From the NCBI GenBank assembly GCA_963921275.4, contig OZ001293.3, positions 5,504,001 through 5,568,000 of the forward strand: DNA of 64,000 bases, read 5' to 3'. The DNA is from an uncultured Hormoscilla sp. (GTDB lineage Bacteria > Cyanobacteriota > Cyanobacteriia > Cyanobacteriales > Desertifilaceae). Shown here in pieces: positions 35,319 to 45,452 of the stretch. Below the pieces are notes generated by a model. That model did not search any database. It was not told where the DNA came from and saw only the letters and a list, made by a program, of their open reading frames with translations. Both the position numbers and the translations under genes were made by a program. The first letter of the stretch is position 1. Each line of letters opens with the position of its first letter.

Positions 35319-35451
35319 GGATACTGTTGGCCAATTAATTGGGGGGTATGACCCAGTATCATCCTCAAATGCTGATACCGCTTGACTTTCCCCCCCTCAC
35401 CCCCTCACCCCCTCATAACACCGATAAATTGGTAATTCGCCAACAGTATCC
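35319..35451. mobile_element. 133-bp MITE, same family as 30700-30822, inverted
   Basis: IRs GGATACTGTTGGC / GCCAACAGTATCC, a GGTAAGC duplication, and shared internal blocks (GGTATGACCC, CTCAAATGCTGAT). Confidence 0.75.
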
Positions 35452-35550
35452 GGTAAGCGTTACCCAACGGAACTAGCTTATTGGGGTTCGTACCTCAACC
35501 AAACCTACATTTGCTTCGTCGCAATTTGCAATTCACAATTCACAACCAGG

Positions 35551-36531
35551 TTATTCTTTGTGTTGAGCTGCTACAGAATTACGAATATAATCGAGAGTTA
35601 AGACACCAACAGGGCGATCGCCATCTCGTACCGTCAGCGAACTAGCACCAGTCCCCAGCATCAGAGATAAAGCCTGACGGAGATTATCGTCGCGGGCGAT
35701 CGTCGGATTATCCTTAGATATATCACCTGCTCCTGGTCTGTCAGTTAGTTTCAGGTCAGTCATAGCAGTTTCCACCCGTAATAGACTCAGCTGACGGATT
35801 ATATCATCCGCCCCGACGAGGTCATGGACGAACTGATTAGCAGGCTGAGTCAGGATCTTAAAAGGCGTATCGTACTGTACAATTTTACCTCGATCGAGAA
35901 TCAGGATTTTATCAGCCAGCCGCAAAGCCTCCTCCACATCGTGGGAGACAAACAAAATAGTTTTATGCAGTTGCTGCTGGAGGTAGAGGATTTCATCTTG
36001 GAGAGTCTCCCGAGTGATAGCATCGATCGCCCCAAAAGGTTCATCCATCAACAGCACATCAGGGTCGCCAGCTAAAGCTCTGGCCAACCCCACCCGTTGC
36101 TGTTGTCCCCCAGAGAGTTGTCCCGGATAGCGGTTACGATATTCTTCAGGAGGCAATTCTATCAGCTTCAGCAACTCATCAATGCGGGACTGATATTTAG
36201 CCCGAGGCCACCCCAGCAACTTAGGCACCACAGCAATATTCTGAGCAACCGTCATGTGGGGAAACAAACCAGACTGCTGAATCACGTAGCCAATTTTACG
36301 TCGTAGCTTAGTCACCTCCATCTCACGGATAGCAATCTCGTGCAGATAAATGCTCCCAGATGTCGGTTCATATAAACGGTTGACCATCTTCAGCAGCGTC
36401 GTTTTCCCACAGCCCGAAGGTCCTAAAATCACTACCAGATCCCCTGCTGCTATCTCACAACTGCAATCATCCACCGCCCGACGGGTTGCACCGGGGAAGG
36501 TTAGGGATACGCGATCGAAACGAATAGTCAT
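35551..36531 (-). CDS. Osmoprotectant ABC ATP-binding protein with CBS tail
   Basis: GPSGCGKTT, LSGGQQQR, LLMDEPFGA. Confidence 0.93.
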   Translation of the reverse strand: MTIRFDRVSLTFPGATRRAVDDCSCEIAAGDLVVILGPSGCGKTTLLKMVNRLYEPTSGSIYLHEIAIREMEVTKLRRKIGYVIQQSGLFPHMTVAQNIAVVPKLLGWPRAKYQSRIDELLKLIELPPEEYRNRYPGQLSGGQQQRVGLARALAGDPDVLLMDEPFGAIDAITRETLQDEILYLQQQLHKTILFVSHDVEEALRLADKILILDRGKIVQYDTPFKILTQPANQFVHDLVGADDIIRQLSLLRVETAMTDLKLTDRPGAGDISKDNPTIARDDNLRQALSLMLGTGASSLTVRDGDRPVGVLTLDYIRNSVAAQHKE

Positions 36532-36543
36532 AATTGCTAATTG

Positions 36544-37455
36544 TTAATTGTTTATGAGTCCTTGTTGAATCAGAAATTCCCTCGCCACATCAGCCGGTTC
36601 GCCCTGCTTACCGCTCACTTCATAGTTGAGGCGCTGCATGACTTCATCTGTCAACAGAGGGGAGATAGAATTAAGAGCATCGCGAATACCTGGATATTTG
36701 TCCAATGTCTCCTGGCGCACCACCGGGGCAACTTGATAGACCGGGAAAAACTTTTTATCATCTTCTAGCACAACCAGATTAAAAACACTAATCTCCCCAT
36801 CCGTCCCAAAAGCTACCACCACATCTCCTTGGCCATCTAGCAGTCCTTTATATCTTAAACCTGGATCGACAACCTTAATTTGCTTAAATTCCAAATTACC
36901 ATATACTTGCTTGAGTCCAGGCAAACCATCTTCTCGCGCTCCGAACGTTGATGTTCCGATCAGCACCAACTCACTAGCTAAGCCAACTAGATCTGATATT
37001 TTCTTAATCCCCAATTTTTCCGCTTCTTCACCGGTCATCGCCAAAGCCCAAGTGTTATTCATCGGGGCCGGGGAAAGCCAAACCAAGTTATATTTTTCCT
37101 TGTAACCTTTGGCAACTGTATCGAACACCTGCTCTTGATTGCTACTAGGAGGCAGTTTGAGTACAGTTGTCAATGCTGTCCCAGTATACTCTGGATACAA
37201 ATCTATTTCACCGTTTTCTAAACCATTTTGTATTACTGGCGTACTACCTAAGCTCAGCTTCCGTTCCACCTTGAATCCCTGCTCTTCTAACATTAGAGCA
37301 TACATTTCTCCCAAAATCTACTGTTCTGTGAACTGTTTTGAAGCTACTTTGATCCTGCGGTCAGCACTACCATTACCACCATTACATGCTACCACGAAGA
37401 TCGCCGTGAGTAAAGCCAGCAAAGATAGAACAATTAAGCGACGAACTTGTTTCAT
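36544..37455 (-). pseudogene. Glycine betaine/choline-type substrate-binding lipoprotein with a nonsense codon
   Basis: Lipobox VVAC, then KQFTEQ*ILGEMY (TAG at 37318-37320) and YPEYTGT. Confidence 0.88.
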
Positions 37456-37489
37456 ACCACCTCCTTTGTCAGTTGTTAGTTGTTGGTTG

Positions 37490-38407
37490 TTAGTTGTTAG
37501 TTAACATTCCTGCTTGAATCAGAAATTCCCTAGCCACATCAGCCGGTTCCCGCTGCTTACCACTCACCTCATAGTTGAGGCGCTGCATGACTTCATCCGT
37601 CAACAGAGGGGCGATCGCATTGAGGGCGTCGCGAATACTCGGATATTTCTCCAGCGTCTCCTGACGCACCACCGGGGCCACTTGATAGATCGGGAACAAC
37701 TTTTTATCATCTTCTAGCACAACCAGATTAAAAGCACTAATTTCTCCATCCGTCCCAAAAGCCACCACCACATTCCCTTCACCATTCATTAGTCCTTTAT
37801 ATCGCAAACCAGAGTCGATCGGCTTAAATTCCTTCAATTCAAAATCACCATATACTCGCTTTAGCCCGGGCCAAGCATCTTCTCGCGTCTTGAAAGCTGG
37901 TGGTCCGAGGAGGACCAATTTATCTGCCTTAGCAACCATATCTGAGATATTTTTAATGCCCAATTTTTCCGCATCTTTTTTAGTCATCGCCAAAGCCGTG
38001 GTGTTATTCATCGGTGCCGGTTCCAGCCAAACCAAATTATATTTTTCCTTGTAGGCTTTAGCAACCGTATCGAACACCTGCTTCGCGTCGCTACTCGGAG
38101 GCCGTTTGAGTACAGCTACCAATGCTGTTCCCGTGTACTCTGGATACAAATCTATTTCTTCACTCTTCAAACCCGCTTGTAATACTGGCGTACTACCTAA
38201 ATTCAGCTTCCGTTCCACCTTAAATCCCTGTTCTTCTAATATTAGAGCATACATTTGACCCAAAATAAACTGTTCTGTGAAATCTTTGGAACCCACTTTA
38301 ATAGTCAGGTCAGCATTACTCTTACCATCATTATGACAGGCTACTACTATAATAGCCATGAGTAAAGCCAGTAAAGACAAGGTCATTAAGCGACGAAACT
38401 GTTTCAT
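37490..38407 (-). CDS. Glycine betaine/choline-type ABC substrate-binding lipoprotein
   Basis: VVAC lipobox, VGSKDFTEQFILG, DLYPEYTGT. Confidence 0.93.
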   Translation of the reverse strand: MKQFRRLMTLSLLALLMAIIVVACHNDGKSNADLTIKVGSKDFTEQFILGQMYALILEEQGFKVERKLNLGSTPVLQAGLKSEEIDLYPEYTGTALVAVLKRPPSSDAKQVFDTVAKAYKEKYNLVWLEPAPMNNTTALAMTKKDAEKLGIKNISDMVAKADKLVLLGPPAFKTREDAWPGLKRVYGDFELKEFKPIDSGLRYKGLMNGEGNVVVAFGTDGEISAFNLVVLEDDKKLFPIYQVAPVVRQETLEKYPSIRDALNAIAPLLTDEVMQRLNYEVSGKQREPADVAREFLIQAGMLTNN

Positions 38408-38516
38408 ATAACCTCCTTAGCTGCGCCTTCTACAGGGCCACGAGGCAGAACCTGCGGGGGCGATCTCCTCTTGTAGCCAATTGGATAAACAACCTGCTCT
38501 ATTATATAGCTTATAG

Positions 38517-38841
38517 TCAAAATCTGTGCAGAAATTCCCTAGCCACCTCAGCCGGTTCCCCCTGCTGACCACGTACCTCATATAGCAAGCCGTGCGGGAG
38601 TTGTGCAACTGGCTTTTGCTGAAATCATTACCATGCAATGGCTTCAGCGGCGATCCCCCAGAATGTTTACACAAATGATTTAGACTAGCTATAGTTTGTT
38701 GTATGACTTCATTTGTCAACAGAGAGGCGACAGCGTCTCCTGCATCGCGAATACCCGGATATTTCTCCAGCGTCTCCTGACGCACCATCAGGGCAACTTT
38801 ATAGATAGGGAACAACTTTTTATCATCTTCTAGCACACACC
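38517..38841 (-). pseudogene. 3' fragment of a third substrate-binding protein paralogue
   Basis: VLEDDKKLFPIYKVA..RQETLEKYPGIRD..GEPAEVAREFL. Interrupted by a MITE. Confidence 0.8.
38583..38691. mobile_element. About 109-bp MITE in a TA target (IS630-like ends)
   Basis: TA-TAGC...GCTA-TA boundaries. Removal rejoins the binding-protein sequence. Confidence 0.65.
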
Positions 38842-38873
38842 ACATCTGCTTCATTATTCATTTGAACGAAACC

Positions 38874-39836
38874 TTAATAAGGACCAAGAAATCGTTCTCC
38901 ATTAAAGTGAATCATGTGAATCGGTTCCTCTGCTACCCATACTTCTGTTTCCCAAGAGATTTGATGGATATATTTTGCCATGTCACTACGGGTCAGGAAA
39001 GCCGTCACGAATACAAGGCCAGCAGTTGAATTTTTAAATACTGCTTCCAGTTCATTTCGGCGCTTTGCATCTACAGGACCATGACTTGTTACAGCTTCAA
39101 TTAAAACCAACCAATTACGTTTTAGATAATGAACCGCAACATCCGGTATTTTCCCGTAAGTATTAAGGTTAACTCCTATATTTTCAAGGTACTCTTGATT
39201 ACATAGTTGCCACTTATTATCGGCATCACCTATTAAGATTACTTTTCCGCCCGGAGTGAACAGCTCACAAAAATCTTCAATAATAAGCTTTATCAGTTTG
39301 TTTTGCCCGCCAGGAGACAAAGATATTGTTTTCCCTGAAGCCAGCGTGACAGGAATTCGTTTCATTTCCCGCTCACGCGCATACCTTTTTTTCAGTGTCT
39401 CTATAGATGAAAAATATGTTTTTAAATTTGGCATCCATTCTTCTGTGCCATAAATACGCAGCAACTTCAGGATCCTTTCGTCAACACTATAAACTGTGTC
39501 CGGACTATTAGTTGGTCTTGTTGGCTTATCTGGGTTGATCTTAATAATACTAGCATCTAAAAACTGGTGTACGGTGTGGCGACGAATTGTTTCGCGAGTG
39601 TTAGGTGCATATTCTCTGCCATAATTTTGTTTGATGAATTGCATAATAGGCGTAATTCCCATGAGCGGATTACTTGCTTGAGACCAAAAACTATCTGACT
39701 TGAGAGCGAGGAGGGCAAGTAATGTCAGAGCCGATCTATCGTTTTGCTGTCGCTCCGGCAAACCAAGCGCTTTCAGGATAAATTTTGCCTCTTCTATTTT
39801 CTGTACTGTTTTGTCAGATTTCTGCTGCCCAGACAT
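38874..39836 (-). CDS. BsuBI/PstI-family type II restriction endonuclease
   Basis: YAPNTRETIRR, LSPGGQNKL, KIPDV, LIEAVTSHGP, ISWETEVW, IHFNGERFLGPY. Confidence 0.92.
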   Translation of the reverse strand: MSGQQKSDKTVQKIEEAKFILKALGLPERQQNDRSALTLLALLALKSDSFWSQASNPLMGITPIMQFIKQNYGREYAPNTRETIRRHTVHQFLDASIIKINPDKPTRPTNSPDTVYSVDERILKLLRIYGTEEWMPNLKTYFSSIETLKKRYAREREMKRIPVTLASGKTISLSPGGQNKLIKLIIEDFCELFTPGGKVILIGDADNKWQLCNQEYLENIGVNLNTYGKIPDVAVHYLKRNWLVLIEAVTSHGPVDAKRRNELEAVFKNSTAGLVFVTAFLTRSDMAKYIHQISWETEVWVAEEPIHMIHFNGERFLGPY

Positions 39837-39842
39837 GAAACT

Positions 39843-40898
39843 CTAATACTCCTTCATGAAGTCAAAAGATAGCTGTATTGGTTCTTGGGATGCTGCTGTG
39901 GGTGTTGGCTTACCCTCTAAATATTGTTTAACAGAATCAGCGATCGCTTTTGCCAACAAAGGCGGCACGGCATTGCCAATTTGATAGCACTGACTGTCAA
40001 AATTACCACAAAACTCAAACCAGTCAGGAAAACTTTGCAGGCGTGCTCCCTCCCTGACAGTTAACCGTCGCCTCCTGCCATCGGGCAAGCGAATGCGGAG
40101 CATATCTCCCGTAGCGGCGGCGAGGTTGCGACAGGTGACGGTTCTGGCGGGAGCATGCAAGTGCAAGTCTCTGGGGGTGACGCATTTGGAAGCACGCTCG
40201 TATTTTTGGATATATTTATCCATGCTGGGGGTGAGAAATTTGGCATCAGGAGGTACAGTAAAGGCTAGATCTCCGAGGGCTTCCCCGGCGGTGTAGGTCG
40301 AGTGAAAATGGGTTTTTGGTGGCCATTGCCAACCGCCTTTGTGGGCAATGCAAAACAGTCGCTCTCGTCGCTGGGGTACACCGTAATGAGCGGCCTTGAG
40401 TATTTCCCATTCTACATGATAACCGATATTTTTTAAGGCCGCGACAATTTCGGCAAAATATGTTTTATTTTTATACAGCATTCCCCGGACATTTTCAAAG
40501 ATGGCGATCGGGGGTTGATAGCGTTCTACGGCGCTGATAAAAATGGGGAAACCGTCGCGGCTGTCTTTGAGTCCCCGCTGGTGGCCGCTGACGCTAAAAG
40601 GTTGGCAAGGGGGTCCGCCGATAATAGCGGCGGCTTCTGTTTCTAAATCAGAGTTTGGTGATAGAGTGACTTGGTAGCAAATTCCCTGTAAGTTGTGACG
40701 GTATGTGGAGCTGGCATCCGGCAGCATTTCATAACCGACAGTTCTCAACCCAGCGGCTTCAAAGCCAAGTGCCATACCGCCGCATCCAGCAAATAAATCT
40801 ATAGTTAAAGGTGCTGATTTTGGCGGTGGATTGGGGGGCAGTTCTGCGGCTAATAATTCCTGGTAGGTTAGTTTGTTGGCCTCGTTAGTGGTTGTCAT
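39843..40898 (-). CDS. DNA cytosine-5 methyltransferase
   Basis: DLFAGCGG, GGPPCQPFS, FENV, PQRRER, RLQSFPD, QIGNAVPP. Confidence 0.95.
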   Translation of the reverse strand: MTTTNEANKLTYQELLAAELPPNPPPKSAPLTIDLFAGCGGMALGFEAAGLRTVGYEMLPDASSTYRHNLQGICYQVTLSPNSDLETEAAAIIGGPPCQPFSVSGHQRGLKDSRDGFPIFISAVERYQPPIAIFENVRGMLYKNKTYFAEIVAALKNIGYHVEWEILKAAHYGVPQRRERLFCIAHKGGWQWPPKTHFHSTYTAGEALGDLAFTVPPDAKFLTPSMDKYIQKYERASKCVTPRDLHLHAPARTVTCRNLAAATGDMLRIRLPDGRRRRLTVREGARLQSFPDWFEFCGNFDSQCYQIGNAVPPLLAKAIADSVKQYLEGKPTPTAASQEPIQLSFDFMKEY

Positions 40899-41452
40899 CG
40901 ATACCCGGGACGAATGTTCTCAGGTTTACTGCAATTTGTTCGATGATTTGTTATCTTTGATTTGTTATTTTTAATTTTTCATTGAGGAAACTAAGCTGTC
41001 GCGCATTTAAATTGCATAAGGACAAAAATTGCTTACCTTCTCTATTATCTAGCTTATAGTCAACAATCGCTAACCATTGTCTCACGCCTTAAACTGCTTA
41101 AATTAAAAATCACCAGAGTCCTACTTTAGACAGAGGCAGACCCTAGTCATTGACTTGACTCTGACTGCTATAGCCCAATACTGACCCTGGCTTTGGCGAC
41201 ATCTTCTGGCCCCCTATAGACTATCTTATACCAAGAAGCTCAAATCCTGCTACAAATTTTCTCCCACCGCTTTCCCGGCTCCCAGATCCCGGCTCATTCA
41301 TAGCCAACCTTCTCCACCAGCTGTCCAGAACGGATAAATCTCTTATATTTTATACATATATTTGCATATATTTACTGTAAAATTGGCTCGATATTATTAA
41401 TAATAGCTGAAGTTGATACAGTTGATAATATGAGGATAGCAGGAAAGAACAG

Positions 41453-41650
41453 ATGACTAAAATTTTAGTAATTGAAGACAAAGAGCCAGTCAGAGCCAAC
41501 ATTCTGGATATGTTGGAAGCGGAAGATATGATCGGCATTGGTGCCAAAGATGGTGCCATGGGCATCCAGATGGCGAGATCCCAGCTGCCAGACTTGATCC
41601 TGTGCGACATCATGATGCCCGGACTAGACGGCTACGGAGTGATCGAGGCG
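41453..41650 (+). pseudogene. Response-regulator receiver fragment
   Basis: MTKILVIED..PDLILCDIMMPGLDGY, then runs into palindromic repeats. Confidence 0.8.
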
Positions 41651-41820
41651 ATGTGCTCTGCGTAGTGCGAATAGCGCGCGCAGAGCACATCGGGAGTAGT
41701 GCGAGTTCGGTGTCCCCCCTTTTGTGCTCCTAGCGCTCCCGGGGGACACGGAAAGCTCTCCGGAGACATCGAAGGCAGTCGGGAACCGCGAGCATCACAA
41801 TAGAACAAATCAAACCCTAG

Positions 41821-43332
41821 CGGGACTTAAACAAAAATTCTGACTAAAGCAGCTCAAATCCATGTATAATTGGCATTATACGTCAACGCGCACGGTTTTA
41901 TGATATCATACAAATGTATGGAGTTTGTTGGCTCTTGTTTCTCCGGGTAACTACTGATAGTAATATTTTATTTGCTACCTGTTGTTGGACATTTACTTAA
42001 TGGACAAAAAAATGAAAGAAACAACTGCTCAGGCCATGCCACCTTGTTTTGACAGATGGTGCCGTCGCGAAAGACGATTTATTTACCCATAAAGCCCAAG
42101 GAAGAGAGTTCCGTCATTATTTAGCGGGACTATTAGGAGAAAGCGAGCGCAAAAATATTTCTCAAATAGCTAGAAATCCTGTCCGGGTTCAAGAGCACAA
42201 ATTGCATCACTTTATAACTGACTCTCCTTGGGATGCTGATTATGTAAATGAAAGGCGATTAGAGAGATAATGAATTCTTGTCGTCAAACCAAGCCATCTA
42301 ATAAGTATTTTAATTTAATAGTTGACGACACGGGTCATCGAAGAAGTGGAACATTAACTGAAGGAATTGGGCGACAATTGGGTAAATTGGCCAAGTACGG
42401 GATTGTTATGGTAACAACTCATCACATGCGTTGGAGTAAGAAGTTTACCATTAGATGTAGCTCAATAGCCGGTGTACACGCTGATTCTTTAGAGAAAGGA
42501 TGCATAAGCTCCAGAATTCAAGAAAAAAACCAGAATTAGCTTGAGAACTAATTGATAAATGTTTAAATAGAGGGTATCGTCCGGGAGTAACGTTAATAGA
42601 TGGAGGTTATGGAAATAATGGTCTTTTTTTAACAGAACTAGAAAAAAGAGGGTTAATTTATATTGTCTGCGAAAAATAGAAATGTAGAGGTAGAAATAGA
42701 AGCGGTCAAAAAAAAGTTCCGGAGATTAGATGAACTGGCAGCAATATTACCAGAAGAATCTTTTAGTTCTATTAATCTCGAATTACAAAAAACTCGGACA
42801 GTTTGGGTGGCAGCAATAAAAGTAGAAATTTACGTCAGGTCAACGTACAGTGCGTCACGAACTTAGAAACCTTGAATCGGCGACCTGTGTCCCCCGGGTA
42901 GTGCGAGTAGTGCTCCCGGGGGACACAGCGGGAATTGATTATTTAATCACTAATGCTCCTGCTGAAAAAGCAACAGCACAATGGATAGTTACTACCTATT
43001 GACAACTCAATTGGATTGAAGCTTTTTACCGAACAATCAAAGGTTGGTTGTATTTTTTAAAATACCAAATCCGAGGGGGAAAAAGCATTGAACGTCATTG
43101 GATATTGGTATTTTGTGCGGATACTTTTATTCTCTGGCATTGGTTAACCGGTGGTCTAGCACGAGAATGGGCTAATCGACCATTAAAAACATAAGTTGGG
43201 CGCGTTCTTAGCTTTTCGTACAGCCGTCTCAAGCGCGGTTTGTGCGTTGGCTAGGTAACAATGTTGATGTATTTGCCGCTCACTTGCGCGAGTCGGGCGC
43301 GATGTGTGGGCTTAGATTTTGTTTAAGTCCCG
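41821..43332 (+). mobile_element. Degenerate IS701-family element
   Basis: IRs CGGGACTTAAACAAAA with CTAG on both sides. Transposase remnants MKETTAQAMPPCFDRW, YLAGLLGESERKN and LIVDDTGH. Confidence 0.9.
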
Positions 43333-43462
43333 CTAGTGGACCGATTGTGGCGAGCAGTCAGCAGTGTAAAGGAGAAATAAAGATAAGGTAAATGGCAGGC
43401 TCAAAACGGTTAACTAAATGTAGCATATGTAAAATACAGACTCGTCAGAGAGAAGGAGATAG

Positions 43463-45337
43463 ATGAGCAAGCCAACAGCAGACAAGGCGATAGAGAACGC
43501 GATGCAGGTGACGACCAAGATGGCCCCAACCCGACAAACGGGGGCATTTGCCCTGATGGACAGTTTGAGACGTCATGGAGTCATGCATATATTTGGCTAT
43601 CCTGGCGGAGCGATCTTGCCGATATACGATGAGGTGTACCGAGCGGAAGAACGGGGCGATGTCCAACATATTATGGTCAGACATGAACAAGGGGCTTCCC
43701 ACGCGGCGGATGGCTATGCCCGGGCTACGGGTAAGGTGGGAGTCTGCTTTGCGACTTCAGGTCCGGGTGCTACGAATTTAGTAACGGGGATTGCGACGGC
43801 CCATATGGACTCAATACCGATGGTAGTGGTCACTGGTCAGGTGCCTCGCCCCGCCATTGGCTCTGATGCATTTCAGGAAACAGATATTTATGGTATTACT
43901 CTGCCTATTGTCAAGCATTCCTATGTAGTGCGTCACGCTAAGGATATGGCCCGAGTTGTAGCAGAAGCTTTTCACATTGCTAGCACCGGGCGTCCCGGGC
44001 CGGTATTGATTGATGTACCTAAAGATGTGGGGTTAGAAGAGTTTGACTATGTGCCTGTGGAACCGGGTGCGGTGAAGCTGCCCGGGTATCGTCCTACGGT
44101 TAAGGGCAACCTTCGGCAGATCAACCAAGCGTTAAATTTAATTGGGCAAGCCAACTGTCCTTTGCTGTATGTCGGTGGCGGAGCGATCTCTGCTGGCGCT
44201 CATGCAGAAGTTCTGGAACTGGCAGAGCATTTTGTAATACCTGTGAGTACGACATTGATGGGTAAGGGTGCTTTTGATGAGAACCATCCTCTGTCCGTGG
44301 GGATGTTGGGAATGCACGGCACGGCTTATGCTAACTTTGCTGTCAGTGAGTGCGACTTGCTGATCGCTGTGGGGGCAAGGTTTGACGATCGGGTGACGAG
44401 TAAGTTAGACGAGTTCGCTTCCCATGCCAAAGTAATTCACATCGATATCGATCCAGCAGAGGTGGGCAAAAACCGCCCCCCGCAAGTACCCATTGTGGGG
44501 GACGTGCGTCAGGTGTTAATTGATATGTTGCGTCGCTGTCAGGAGTTGGGTCTGTCAGGAAAACCGGATCGGACCACTGAGTGGTTGAAACGGATCGCTC
44601 GCTGGCGTTCAGATTATCCCTTAGTGGTGCCTCAATATGAGGATAGTCTATCTCCCCAAGAGGTAATTGTGGAACTGGGGCGGCAAGCACCTGATGCTTA
44701 TTACACTACAGATGTGGGTCAGCATCAGATGTGGGCAGCGCAATTTCTGAAGAATGGTCCCCGTCGGTGGATGTCCAGTTCTGGTTTAGGTACGATGGGT
44801 TACGGGATGCCAGCGGCGATGGGCGTGAAAGTGGCTTTGCCCGATAAAGAAGTCATCTGCGTGGCTGGGGATGCTAGCATCCAGATGAATATTCAGGAAT
44901 TGGCAACCCTGGCACAGTACGGCATCAATGTCAAAACCGTGATTATCAATAATGGTTGGCAGGGAATGGTGCGTCAGTGGCAGCAGACTTTCTTTGGAGA
45001 GCGTTATTCTGCTTCTAATATGGAAGCGGGAATGCCAGATTTTGTCATGCTGGCAAATGCTTTTGGTGTCAAAGGCATGGTGGTGCGGGAACGATCGGAG
45101 TTGCAAGGGGCGATCGCCGAAATGTTGGCCCACGACGGTCCCGTGTTGATGGATGTTCATGTCAGGAAGGATGAAAACTGCTATCCAATGGTAGCCCCGG
45201 GTAAGAACAATGCTCAAATGATAGGTTTGCCCGAACCTCCCCAGTCAGAAGCAGCGGATCTAATTTCTTGCCCCAGTTGCGGTGCCGAAAACCAGGTAAC
45301 TAATAAGTTCTGCCCCGAGTGCGGCACGAAGTTGTAG
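43463..45337 (+). CDS. ilvB: Acetolactate synthase large subunit
   Basis: [38 protein letters not shown] ThDP motif, C-terminal zinc ribbon. Confidence 0.96.
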   Translation: MSKPTADKAIENAMQVTTKMAPTRQTGAFALMDSLRRHGVMHIFGYPGGAILPIYDEVYRAEERGDVQHIMVRHEQGASHAADGYARATGKVGVCFATSGPGATNLVTGIATAHMDSIPMVVVTGQVPRPAIGSDAFQETDIYGITLPIVKHSYVVRHAKDMARVVAEAFHIASTGRPGPVLIDVPKDVGLEEFDYVPVEPGAVKLPGYRPTVKGNLRQINQALNLIGQANCPLLYVGGGAISAGAHAEVLELAEHFVIPVSTTLMGKGAFDENHPLSVGMLGMHGTAYANFAVSECDLLIAVGARFDDRVTSKLDEFASHAKVIHIDIDPAEVGKNRPPQVPIVGDVRQVLIDMLRRCQELGLSGKPDRTTEWLKRIARWRSDYPLVVPQYEDSLSPQEVIVELGRQAPDAYYTTDVGQHQMWAAQFLKNGPRRWMSSSGLGTMGYGMPAAMGVKVALPDKEVICVAGDASIQMNIQELATLAQYGINVKTVIINNGWQGMVRQWQQTFFGERYSASNMEAGMPDFVMLANAFGVKGMVVRERSELQGAIAEMLAHDGPVLMDVHVRKDENCYPMVAPGKNNAQMIGLPEPPQSEAADLISCPSCGAENQVTNKFCPECGTKL

Positions 45338-45452
45338 ATAATTGTGAATTGCGAATTGCCAATGGCTAATGGCAATAAATCATTGTAGCCCAGAAACCAG
45401 GTTTTGACAAAAAACCTGGTTTCTTAATTTAAGCATTGCCCATCTCGATTAT

